Assembly (NCBI GenBank): GCA_004764695.1
Contig: SMSO01000025.1
Span: 248,001 to 312,000, forward strand
Origin: Schizochytrium sp. TIO01
Lineage: Eukaryota > Protista > Bigyra: Labyrinthulomycetes
Direction: 5' to 3'
Length of the DNA stretch: 64,000 nucleotides
Below, one piece after another: positions 1-9,956 of this stretch (its first letter is position 1; the number at the start of each line of letters is the position of its first letter). The notes beneath the pieces are model-generated. The model was not told the origin of the DNA. It did not search any database and saw nothing but the letters and a program-made list of their open reading frames with translations. The translations under genes and the position numbers were made by a program.

Positions 1-481
1 AATGAAACCGAGCGCACCCCACTTGGAGCAACGCCAAATCTCAGAGTATTTATAACTTGATAAATCAATCATCAATCAATTAATCAATCATTGCCTTCAT
101 TCGCCTATTTGTCCTCTGCGTATATACAGCGCTATGCAGCTCTTTGGTTACTATGGGCTATGCGCTATAGCCTATTTGTCCCTCTGGTATATCCTATAGT
201 ACTGCGGAATACTCTTGTTTGGACCTCTCTGTACACTGAGTTATACGAAAATGAGTGAATGAGGTAAATGAGTGAATGAGAACATAATATATGACTGACT
301 GAGTGAACAGGCGCTCGCTTGCGGTCGCTTCCGCGCAAACCCTACGCTCGCTGGCGCTGGCCGCCGTATCGCTGCGCGTCCCGCCCTCTGGCCTTTCTCG
401 TTTGCTCCTCGTGTCCTTTCCCTCCCTTCGCTCTCCCTTCTCCCTTTTCCCCAGCCAGCCAGACCCCAGATTCGAGGCGCC

Positions 482-1537
482 ATGATGCGCGGGTCTGCCG
501 GCGCTTTCCGCGCCGCTATGGCTGCTGCCCCTTCTTCGCGTGTGACTCCGTGCGCCGCTCCTCTCTGCTCATCGCTCTTGGCGTCGTCCCGCCTCACCGC
601 GGTGTCTGCAGCTCCGTCTGTGGGATCCGTCTCACCCATCGTTGCCTCCATGGCGGCCCTCCGCGCCTTCTCTTCGCAGGTTTCTGCAGCTGTTGAGTCG
701 GCCTCTGCAACCTCTGCCTCCTCAACTTCGGATGTGTCTCCCCCCCCTCCTCCCCCGAGCGCAATGCCTTCGAACGTACGCTTTTCAGACGCTGACGTGC
801 TCGATGACACTGAGGATGAGGAGCTTGACTTCATCTACGTCGTGGCCCCGGGCCCCAAGTCTGCTCCGCTCTACAAGTTTACGGCTGACCTTTCTCTGGA
901 GCGTGCCGGCGACTTTGCGCTCAACGACTTTGTCTTTAGCACTGAGGTTCGCCAGGACATTATCCACAACGTGGTAGCCTGGCAGCGGGCATCCCGCCGT
1001 CGTGGTCTTGCCAAGCGCAAGGACCGCTCCGAAGTCAGCGGCAGCACCCGCAAGCCGTTCAGGCAGAAGGGTACAGGTAAGGCTCGTCAGGGTTCCACTC
1101 GCGGCCCACACATGCGTGGAGGTGCTGTGGCTCTTGCGCCTAAGGGAAACCAGGATTTCAGCTACAAATTGAACAAAAAGTACCGTCGCTTTGGACTCCG
1201 CTCCGTTCTGTCTGCTCGTCTCATCGAGGAGAACCTCGTGGTCGTGGACTCCTTCGCGGCACCTGCTGATTCTGAGGACTTCGTCAAGACCAAGCAGATC
1301 GCTGCCATGATCCAGGACCAGGAATGGGACTCGGTCCTCTTCGTGGACGGTGATGACATGAACGAGGAGTTCAAGCGCGCTGTCAGTAACATTCCCAACG
1401 CACACGTGCTGCCCCAGGTTGGACTCAACGTCTACGATATCCTCAGCTTCAAGAAGCTTGTCATCAGCACTCAGGCACTCGAGGAGCTTGACCGCCGCCT
1501 TGACGAGAACGTGCGCAAGACCTACTTCTCTCGCTAA
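482..1537 (+). CDS. MRPL4: Mitochondrial ribosomal protein uL4m (L4) with N-terminal targeting peptide
   Basis: Bacterial-type L4 motifs RQDIIHNVVAWQ, KDRSEVSGSTRKPFRQKGTGKARQG, GLNVYDIL. The Ala/Ser/Arg-rich N-terminus fits a mitochondrial presequence. Confidence 0.95.
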   Translation: MMRGSAGAFRAAMAAAPSSRVTPCAAPLCSSLLASSRLTAVSAAPSVGSVSPIVASMAALRAFSSQVSAAVESASATSASSTSDVSPPPPPPSAMPSNVRFSDADVLDDTEDEELDFIYVVAPGPKSAPLYKFTADLSLERAGDFALNDFVFSTEVRQDIIHNVVAWQRASRRRGLAKRKDRSEVSGSTRKPFRQKGTGKARQGSTRGPHMRGGAVALAPKGNQDFSYKLNKKYRRFGLRSVLSARLIEENLVVVDSFAAPADSEDFVKTKQIAAMIQDQEWDSVLFVDGDDMNEEFKRAVSNIPNAHVLPQVGLNVYDILSFKKLVISTQALEELDRRLDENVRKTYFSR

Positions 1538-2486
1538 ATTGCCATTGCCACAACCCATTCCTATTTTCCCATCCCTCTCCATTCGACTCATTATTCGATC
1601 GATCAGTCAGCCAAATTACCTGCTGCTACGTCGATCGGTACATCGACAGACAACCCATACCGACTAAACCTTTTCTTAAAAATAAAACATTAGAAAAAGC
1701 ACCTTAATATTGATGTGAAGAACCAAACCAGCTCCATTGCACCCCATTCTTTATCATTTGGCCAATGATGCATGACAAGCTTTCCCCATCGCTTACAAGT
1801 GTTATAAATGTGCAAAAGCCTTCTCTTTTGCTCATACCCCTTGACTCTTTTTTGTTTCGTCTTCTTTCCCGATTATGACGAAGATCAACGTGGTAGGACG
1901 AATATTAATTCCCTTTTGTGCTTCTGTTATCTGAACTTTAGTATTCTTCCTCGTGCACGAAAGTTTCATGAGAAGCTTGAGCTTTCTTAAAAACGAAATG
2001 GGTTATGTTGATGCTATTTTCAAGCAAGCTAGAAAGCTAAAAACAACATTCAGAAAATAAAGGGTGTGGGGAGTACATTAGCTTTTTTAAAACTCAAAGA
2101 AGGGAAACATTAGAAGGCTTACTACTGCTCGAATATAACGAACAACAGAGCTACGCAAAGGCCTACGAATATTACATATTCACTCGAACGCCCAGGGAGC
2201 ACCGATGTAATAAGCACAGAAGAAGGAGACCGGGCAAGACTGCCTTGACTAGCACAGATCGACCTCTGGCAAGCACACATTTCTGGATGTTTGCCTTGAT
2301 GTCTGTCTGTCTGTCTACCTATCTATTCATCTTTGTACTGCCTGTATGTGTATAGGTATATAGGTATATATAATGCTGCTAAATTTATTTTTCGTTTTCT
2401 TTCTCAGCCGTGTTTGCTTCTCAGATTCACATCATACTCGATTGCTGAATTCAACAGCAGACAAAATATTGTATGTTCTGAATCGT

Positions 2487-3675
2487 CTATCCATGGTGAG
2501 CGTGGACCCAGGCCTTAACATAGGCCTCCCTTTCGCTTGCGCACGGAAGTCTAGCCACATGATCAACGAGGCGCATCAGCATCGATGCGTTGTGGTAATA
2601 AAGAAGCATCTGGCCTAGAAGCTCCTTAGACTTAAGGAGGTGATGCACGTAGCCTCGAGTGTGGTTCCTGCAGACCCAGCAATCGCAGCTTTCAGCAAGA
2701 GGCCCCTTGTCCTCACTGACACGCTGATCCAAGAGGCTCATAGATGGTTCATATTTGCCAGCCTCGGTCTCAGGGCTCTCCGAGTCAATCTCCACTGTAA
2801 AACACAGTAAGCAGTCAAGTTTGGTCATCATGAGCGGTAGGGCTGTCTCCACGGCATCCGCTCCCGCTGCAATGGCCGCAATAAGCTCCTCGACGGGCCC
2901 AGTTCCCATCTGTGCATAAATAAACGCCTCCTTTCCAGCTTGTGCACGTGCTTCCTTAATTCTTGCCACTTGCGACTCCTGGTCCAAAAACCTCAAGTTC
3001 ACCAACGAGTATCCCGGTTTCACCTGCATCTGCGCCCCGTGCTCTTGCACAAGCTTCATTGCCGTCTCCATTGATCTCTCCTGTGTCTCCACATCAAGGC
3101 CCACGACTGGCAGCAGCAACTTCGCAGCTCCATTCTCCTCCTGCTGGGGAGTTGCCGCCCACCACTTAAGCGCACTCTCAGACCACGCATCGACCCTTTT
3201 CTGTGCCCGGTCTTTGTGTTTCCGAGAGTACGTGCAACCTACAGTTTCGTACGGCGACACAACCGTGGGTGCTCTCAAAACATCCCTCGAGAAGGAAAGG
3301 TATTCCTCGCAGCTCAAGCTTACCCTTTCCATAGCAGCAGTAGTGAAAACCACGGCACCGTTGGCCTTGTTGCCGCTACTCACAGAGCTGTCGGGTGGTT
3401 GCAGCAGGCCACTGCGGGTGTTAGCAACGATCGAGATTGAATCACTGAGCCCGACAAACGTCTTTAGACCTCGTGAGCCAGGGACTGTGGCGTGGGCCTC
3501 AAGGGCTTTCTTGCCAGGGAGCAAGGAGCCCACATCGGCGGCGAAAGCAAGGTTGCGACCTCCGCCAGGGCTGCTCAGACTTGCCACTTCCAGGTCTGAC
3601 AACAGTTGCTGCGACAGGAACGGGGGGCGGCCCCGTCTCCAACGTTAGTACGCACGCGGACGGCGCTGATGTCAT
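2487..3675 (-). CDS. QTRT2: Queuine tRNA-ribosyltransferase accessory subunit (QTRT2/QTRTD1-like); one-base frame break at the C6 run (plus strand G 3622-3627)
   Basis: TGT zinc site CDCWVC...HTRGYVHHLL...ELLGQMLLYYHN. The long ORF has no upstream ATG in frame. ATG 3675 gives MTSAPSACVLTLETGPPP, and removing one C joins it to FLSQQLLSDL, resembling the QTRT2 N-terminal TPxCLLxTxxGxxPxL motif. Confidence 0.8.
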
Positions 3676-4100
3676 CTTTGCCAAAGAGTCTTGAGCAGAC
3701 TCGAAGACCAGAGAATAAGAAATGAACAACCAAGATGGCCATTACCATGTACAAAATAGATTGCCATCATCGTCATAACGGGGTCCCTTAGTTTATAAAG
3801 TGCTATAGTATTTGGTAACAACAGCCTGATGACAGAGATTTAGTATAGATAAGTTCATCGATTGGATAAACTTGAAGGCGGAGTTTCGAGACCGCACGTG
3901 ATAAAGATTAAAGTATTTGAACAGCAAATGCATAGAATTAATTGCATTCGTGAAATATGTCGAACATTTGAAGCAGCAATACACAAAAAAGTGGAACAAG
4001 AGGGGAAAAGATGGTTGAATTCGATTTTAGCTACAGAGTTAGGTCTAGGCCAGGAAAAGGAATAAGAATGCTGAGAAGGAGTGGAAAGTGCGTTTGTTGA

Positions 4101-6524
4101 TCAAGCAGATTGAAGAAGGGAACGCACCTTGGCGATATCAGAAGCGTCATCCTTGGAGAGCTTGGCAAATTTAAGGACCTTTTTCAAGCTAGCTTCAATG
4201 TCCTGGTGAGAGTCCATCTTTGTGTTGAGACGTTCAAGGCGATCAGCCTTACGTTTGGCAGACTCAATTACATCACTGGGAAAGCCAGCCATTCCAGCAA
4301 TATTGATACCGAAAGATTCCTGGCAAGGGCCCTTATTCACATTGTAAAGCATTGTGATGGAGTCCTCAGTTGCATGCGCTGCCACGTGCTTATTTGAGAC
4401 TAAGCCTGGATCCACCTCCTTTTCGAGGACAGTCAGTTCATGGAAGTGAGTGGCGAACATACAGAAGCAATGTACCTTAGTAGCAAGGTACCGAGAGATA
4501 GCCCAGGCAAGACCAAAACCGTCATATGTTGATGTTCCACGGCCAAGCTCGTCAATAATCACGAGCGAGTCCTTTGTGGCCGTCTTGACAATAGCTGACG
4601 CATCAAGCATCTCTGCCATAAATGTAGAGACACCACGCAGCTGTTCATCGCTCGCACCGACGCGAGCCAGAATTGCATCAACAATTGGAAGGGTTGCAAC
4701 TTCAGCAGGGATAAAACTACCCATCTGCGCCATGACAAGTAAAGTGCCGAGTTGGCGAATATAAGTACTTTTACCACCCATGTTAGGTCCAGTGATGATC
4801 TGAAAGCGGCCATTGTCTTGATCCTTACCACTTCCACCCATGCAATACTCGTTAGCAATGAATTCCATGCCTTCCAAATGCTCCAGACACGGATGACGTG
4901 CACCCTCGACATGGATACGGCGAGACGTTTCCTCAGCATCGAGCGGAATCATTTCCGGCTGTACGTATTCTGCAGGAGCGTATGCAGCTGCATGAGCAAG
5001 ACTTGCCAATACGTCGAGTTGAGCGGCGAGACTGGATGCAGCTTCAAAAAGAGGCTCAAATGTTGATGCAACCTGAGCCGCTTGTTGGACAAGCTTGGAC
5101 TGGGCAACATCAATGCGAGAAATTGTATCTGTGTGACGCTCCGATAACGTCTGTAGGCGCGCAGAGGTCCAGCGAATACCAGCACTCACGACACTAAGGT
5201 ACTTGTACTCTTTATCTCCAAGTTTCTTCAGGACGTTGTCATTCTTTTTGTTAATGCGGAAGTGAAAGCCGTACGTCCTCAACATAGCGGCATCGGTCTC
5301 GAACTTTGGTGACATGCCGTTCAATTCGTTATCTTCAAGTTCTTGGCGAATATCCTCAACACTTCCTTGGATCTTAGAAAGTTTCTCATAAAGGTTTGCC
5401 AGTTCTCCGGTTTCATCATGCTGTGATTGCACTCGAAATTCGGCTGGAGCATATTCCATATCCAAAACACCCTCAACAAGCTCCATGTACTTGCCGAAAC
5501 GACTCTTTGTCGTCAGTGAGGTCACTTGCTCGCCAAGAGCAACTAGAGCAGGGCATGCCGGAGACATGCCAGATTCATCGTCGCCCAAGGCACGCGCAAG
5601 AGCTGGCAAGCGGCGAGTAAACTCGTACAAGACGTACATTTCTTTCAGGCCGCCACGAGGCCGTTCACCTCGCAGGCGGCGTGTGAGACGAGATAGATCA
5701 GGAACCTGACGAAGTTGCTGACGGATCTCCTCGCGACGAGTGCTGTCTTCCTTAAGCGCATAAACAAGGTTCTGACGTTTGCGGATCTCGTCGACATCAA
5801 GCAGAGGCTGACGGATCCAACGGCGCAAAAGGCGAGCACCAAGCTCCTTAGTCATGCAATGGTTAAGTACACCAAAAACGCTTGCTGCTTTCTCCTGCGG
5901 TACAGCACGACCATCTCGAGAAGTAGTGACGGGAAACAAGTTTAAGGCTTCCACAGCAGCAGCATCAAGACGCATGTATTGGTTAAGACGGCCTGCCTCA
6001 AGCTCATAAGCGCCGAGGGCATCCTCGTCATCAAGAAGAGCATTTTTACGGATCAGGCCAGCGAGAGCACGAAGTCCAAGGCCTGTCTCGCCCTCAAGTC
6101 CCCGCAAACTAGTGGTGCCTGCATCTGTGCCCGTAAGAGTTTCCACATCCTTAGCAACATTCGAGGTCTTAAGATCTGCGGTAGCAACGCTCTCTGAAGC
6201 TGGAAGTCCAAGACCTTTTTCGCCAAGTAGTTTTTCCAAACCCTGTTCTCCATTAAAGTACGCTGTTTGCACTCCCGAAGCGCCTCCCAATCCGACGAGG
6301 AGGCTTTCGAGGTTCGTAAGGGCATCACAGTCTACGAATTCGTATACAGTAATCTTGCCACGTTTCTTATCATCCATACCACTTCTCGATCGCTCCTCGA
6401 GGACAGCCACACCAACATTCACAGAGCTCGTCTTTGTAGGTGCGCCTACAGCAATCATTACCGTGCAGCCTTCCATGGCCATATCGTCGCCCGCACCAAC
6501 ATCGTCAAATCCGTCTAGAGACAT
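4101..6524 (-). CDS. MSH2: DNA mismatch repair protein MSH2 (apparently lacking N-terminal domain I)
   Basis: YMRLDAAAVEALNLF, LLRRWIRQPL, Walker A ITGPNMGGKSTYIRQ, GVSTFMAEM, IIDELGRGTSTYDGFGLAWAI, FATHFHELT, SFGINIA. Confidence 0.95.
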   Translation of the reverse strand: MSLDGFDDVGAGDDMAMEGCTVMIAVGAPTKTSSVNVGVAVLEERSRSGMDDKKRGKITVYEFVDCDALTNLESLLVGLGGASGVQTAYFNGEQGLEKLLGEKGLGLPASESVATADLKTSNVAKDVETLTGTDAGTTSLRGLEGETGLGLRALAGLIRKNALLDDEDALGAYELEAGRLNQYMRLDAAAVEALNLFPVTTSRDGRAVPQEKAASVFGVLNHCMTKELGARLLRRWIRQPLLDVDEIRKRQNLVYALKEDSTRREEIRQQLRQVPDLSRLTRRLRGERPRGGLKEMYVLYEFTRRLPALARALGDDESGMSPACPALVALGEQVTSLTTKSRFGKYMELVEGVLDMEYAPAEFRVQSQHDETGELANLYEKLSKIQGSVEDIRQELEDNELNGMSPKFETDAAMLRTYGFHFRINKKNDNVLKKLGDKEYKYLSVVSAGIRWTSARLQTLSERHTDTISRIDVAQSKLVQQAAQVASTFEPLFEAASSLAAQLDVLASLAHAAAYAPAEYVQPEMIPLDAEETSRRIHVEGARHPCLEHLEGMEFIANEYCMGGSGKDQDNGRFQIITGPNMGGKSTYIRQLGTLLVMAQMGSFIPAEVATLPIVDAILARVGASDEQLRGVSTFMAEMLDASAIVKTATKDSLVIIDELGRGTSTYDGFGLAWAISRYLATKVHCFCMFATHFHELTVLEKEVDPGLVSNKHVAAHATEDSITMLYNVNKGPCQESFGINIAGMAGFPSDVIESAKRKADRLERLNTKMDSHQDIEASLKKVLKFAKLSKDDASDIAKVRSLLQSA

Positions 6525-8097
6525 GGTAGTTAGATGAGGATTGCTTACGATTTATCGTCAATCTCCACGAAGCTTGTCTACCCGTCGCCAAAGATGTGGT
6601 GCTGTTGTTCTCTCTCTATATGGCCTCTTTGACCGCCAAGAGCCGCTCCTCAAGGCCGTTCACCTTGATTTCTGTATGATATGGACGAAATGAAGCGGTA
6701 GTTAGTTAGTGATTGAGTTCCGCTGTCAAGCCTATGATCTCTGCCACACGCTAAAGTCAAGAAATCTTCTCTTCTCGTTTTTAGTGGCCATCTTTTGATT
6801 CACACCTGTGCAAACTTCTGCTTTGGTTGCGTACTTTTGCTCTGTTCATGGTGCCATCGTTCATTCTGACATCCGTAGTTGATCTTCTTGTCGCTGCATT
6901 TGTCATGGCGCATCCGATCGCTCTGACAACGAGCAGAGTGCAGTAGATGAGTACTTACGATTGATGCTGACGAAAGCCGGACGTTGGAGGCGGTTTGCCC
7001 CTAAAAGGTCTCGGTTAAGCGTCGTGTATTGGGAACTGGGCGCAGTTAACCTGCAAGCCGAGTTCTCGTGGTTTGATTTTTTAGCCTTTTTTTTTTGCTT
7101 TTCTACGGGATGTCTTAAAATACCAACTTGTACAAAAATAGAATTTTGGACGCTTCCTGTCCAACAACAATGATTAGAAGAACAGTAAACTATTGCTCTG
7201 AAAATCAGCTTTATTGCATCATAACTCTCGTAGTGTGTACCACCTTCAGCTTCCATCCAAGCGCTATCACAATCAGAAACGCGACCATGTTTGCAGTGCT
7301 TGTGGAGCTAGTAAGCTTCCCAAGTTCATTCTTAGATTGCCGAACGTGGGCACCGGTCCTCGTGCTGCAAAAACATGTTTTGAAGAGATAGAAGTCCAAG
7401 TTCTCGAGAATCCCTTCGAACCCATTTGATCACTCAACTCATACGAAGAGACACAAAGAGCGGGAAACAAGCTGCTGGTAGAGCACCTTAATTATGGTAA
7501 AGGTGTGATATGCAATAATAGTGAACCTTAAGGCGGGAGCTGGTTCTGGGACTCTCTGGACAACAACAAGATAAGTTGTCTCTTCAGGTGGGCTTGGGCG
7601 ACAAGGAAAACCTGGAGCTTATTGAGGTTCAGGAAACATTCTCTTCATGATTTAGAGATCGCAGAGGACTTGACGAACATCGAACCGAGACTCGCACAGA
7701 TTATGCTTACCTTTTGCTGATCATGCCTTTACGAATAGATTGTGTTGTGGCAGGTTTCTGAGCCAAAGTGTGCGCAGCGATGTCTGAACTTGGGAGGACC
7801 TCGTAAGAGACAGCGAGGTTGCAATTGGTTGTTGTCATCAATGCAGATGAGGTGGTGGATCTCATGCAAACTATTGGATTTATGCGCAGGGATTCCATCA
7901 ATGGGACATCAAGCATCCATTGTCCGTCAGCAGAACCGCAACTTGACATCGAGAGCAAAACACCAAGAAACAAGAGATCCTAAGCGAAGTCCCAAGAAAG
8001 CACAAAGGTAAATCCAACGCCAACTCGAGAATCTACTGTTTACACAGTAACACCTCCAGAAGAGTGAACACTGTGAGTACAGTGAAAAACGAGAACC

Positions 8098-9249
8098 ATG
8101 ACCTCCTATCGTTCTGCAATGCCTTCGCCGTGCTGTGGTTGGAAGAAGGTGATACAGATAACTATTGCCGCCATTGCCGTGATGGATGTCTCTGCTGCAG
8201 ATACATGCTACGAGGTTTGCCGTGGAACCTGCAACACTTGGCAAGATCCACATGTTGTTGATTTCGCTGGAGACTCATTTAAAATCAGCGATAGTCTTGA
8301 AGATGTCACGCTCTATGAGCTCAATGACTTTTCCGTATGGGCACCGCAGACCCACCGTTCCATCGATGGGACGAATTTCCAGCTATTTTATAGCATGTCT
8401 TGGAATGGCGAGAATATTACAGCAGCCGAGCTATGCACAAATCCTGGTGATAGCACCACTCGAGTAACCCTTTTCGATGATACCCCAGGTTCAGACTATG
8501 TTGAAGGATACATTTGGTGCACGGAGTCAGACAACTATCCTCAACTCGGTCTTTTCCTTGCTATTCAACTCACAAAAGTGGATTCCCAAGTAAACGGTGA
8601 AGACTTTCTAGAGATTGAAGAAAATCTTGGGGCGAAAGGCGAATGCATGGGTGCTAGTGATGAGGTTGCAAGTGACGCTAATGGACGCCGCCGCCTCCGT
8701 GGGGACAAGCGAAGTCTAAACAGTGAAGGGTCCTTCAGCCCTGCTGGTCCGAGTTGGATTGCATCTGAATGCTACACGGTATGTCCAAACCAGGAGCCTT
8801 GTGAGGGAGAAGGTGATCCGCATGTGACTACCTTTTACGGCCAAAAATACAATCTTCAGCCGTCAACGCCAGAGAACTTCACAGTTTATGAGATTACCGG
8901 TACTACGTCATATGATGAGAAACATGACATCACTGATTTTGATGTGTGGATCGAGACCAGAAATACTGGGCGTACCTATGTCATTCACTTTGGGGATGAA
9001 GTCATTTCTTCCTCTTCTTGCACTAAATCTGGTGAAACATTTGCAGCGAGTCATACCTTTGCTGATGGTGACAATATCTACCTTTCGGCGACGTGCACTT
9101 ATTCACAGAACAATAAGTCTACCTATGGTCTATTCTTTGATTGGAAGGTTTACAAGTTCGATGTGGCAAATGGCTCGAGCAGTTTCAAGACGCTTGAGAC
9201 TGACGAAGGCAGTCAAGGTCTCTGTTTGAGCCAGCCGCAATCCATCTAA
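8098..9249 (+). CDS. Secreted Cys-rich protein with two tandem vWD-like (GDPH-type) domains
   Basis: Hydrophobic signal segment (VIQITIAAIAVMDVSAA). Repeat starts CNTWQDPHVVDFAG and CEGEGDPHVTTFYG; repeat ends KVD...FLEIEENLGAKGEC and KFD...FKTLETDEGSQGLC. RRRLRG linker between them. Confidence 0.7.
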   Translation: MTSYRSAMPSPCCGWKKVIQITIAAIAVMDVSAADTCYEVCRGTCNTWQDPHVVDFAGDSFKISDSLEDVTLYELNDFSVWAPQTHRSIDGTNFQLFYSMSWNGENITAAELCTNPGDSTTRVTLFDDTPGSDYVEGYIWCTESDNYPQLGLFLAIQLTKVDSQVNGEDFLEIEENLGAKGECMGASDEVASDANGRRRLRGDKRSLNSEGSFSPAGPSWIASECYTVCPNQEPCEGEGDPHVTTFYGQKYNLQPSTPENFTVYEITGTTSYDEKHDITDFDVWIETRNTGRTYVIHFGDEVISSSSCTKSGETFAASHTFADGDNIYLSATCTYSQNNKSTYGLFFDWKVYKFDVANGSSSFKTLETDEGSQGLCLSQPQSI

Positions 9250-9956
9250 AGTAAAATGTCAGGTGCTTAGGCAGAGTCTCTGCACCTACATTCTTCTCGT
9301 TTGTTATAACAATTACAATCATAGTTTCAATTTACAGAGTCTAGAGCTAGTACTTACTTAGGATTACATCTGCAAAGATCCTGCCACACTCAGAAGCTAA
9401 CCAATAAGAGATAATAAACTAATTCTAAATCCTTCTTCACCTCCATAAATGCACCTGAAAAAAATTGAAAGCCTTCTTCAAGAGTTCACCATTTCTAGCA
9501 TATAATCTGTGCTGCCTTTATGAGCAATGTCGAATCAGAATTCTCTTCCTCACCTTCGCAACTTTGCGCTCGTCAACCAGCCAGCCACAAGCCACCATGC
9601 GCGGTTTGGTCACTCTCGACCTGGCTTAAAAGTGGCCCAATTACCCATTATAATAGGCCTTTTCAAGAATTTAATGGACAAGGCTTCTGGCCAGTCAACC
9701 CGTGTCACATCCCAGACCCAAGTGGAGACCGGGCTTGGCGAAGCTCGTGAGCTCTCCGCGACCCAATCCAAGCAAGGCTGCTTCGGAATTCTGGTCCGCG
9801 GCAACTTCTCGTGCCTCAGAGCACACTCAGTTTTTCTTCTATTGCCATACCACTCGTTGCACAGCTTGGAGTGATCCATCTGTCACATTTCCCAACCCTT
9901 GCACATTTACACGCTCAAAAACTAAACTTCGTCCAAGTCTCCAGCCTTGCAGAATC

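Noticed and set aside
2257-2268. 12-mer GATCGACCTCTG also present at ~17226
   Set aside because: A single short match with no extended similarity; compatible with chance.
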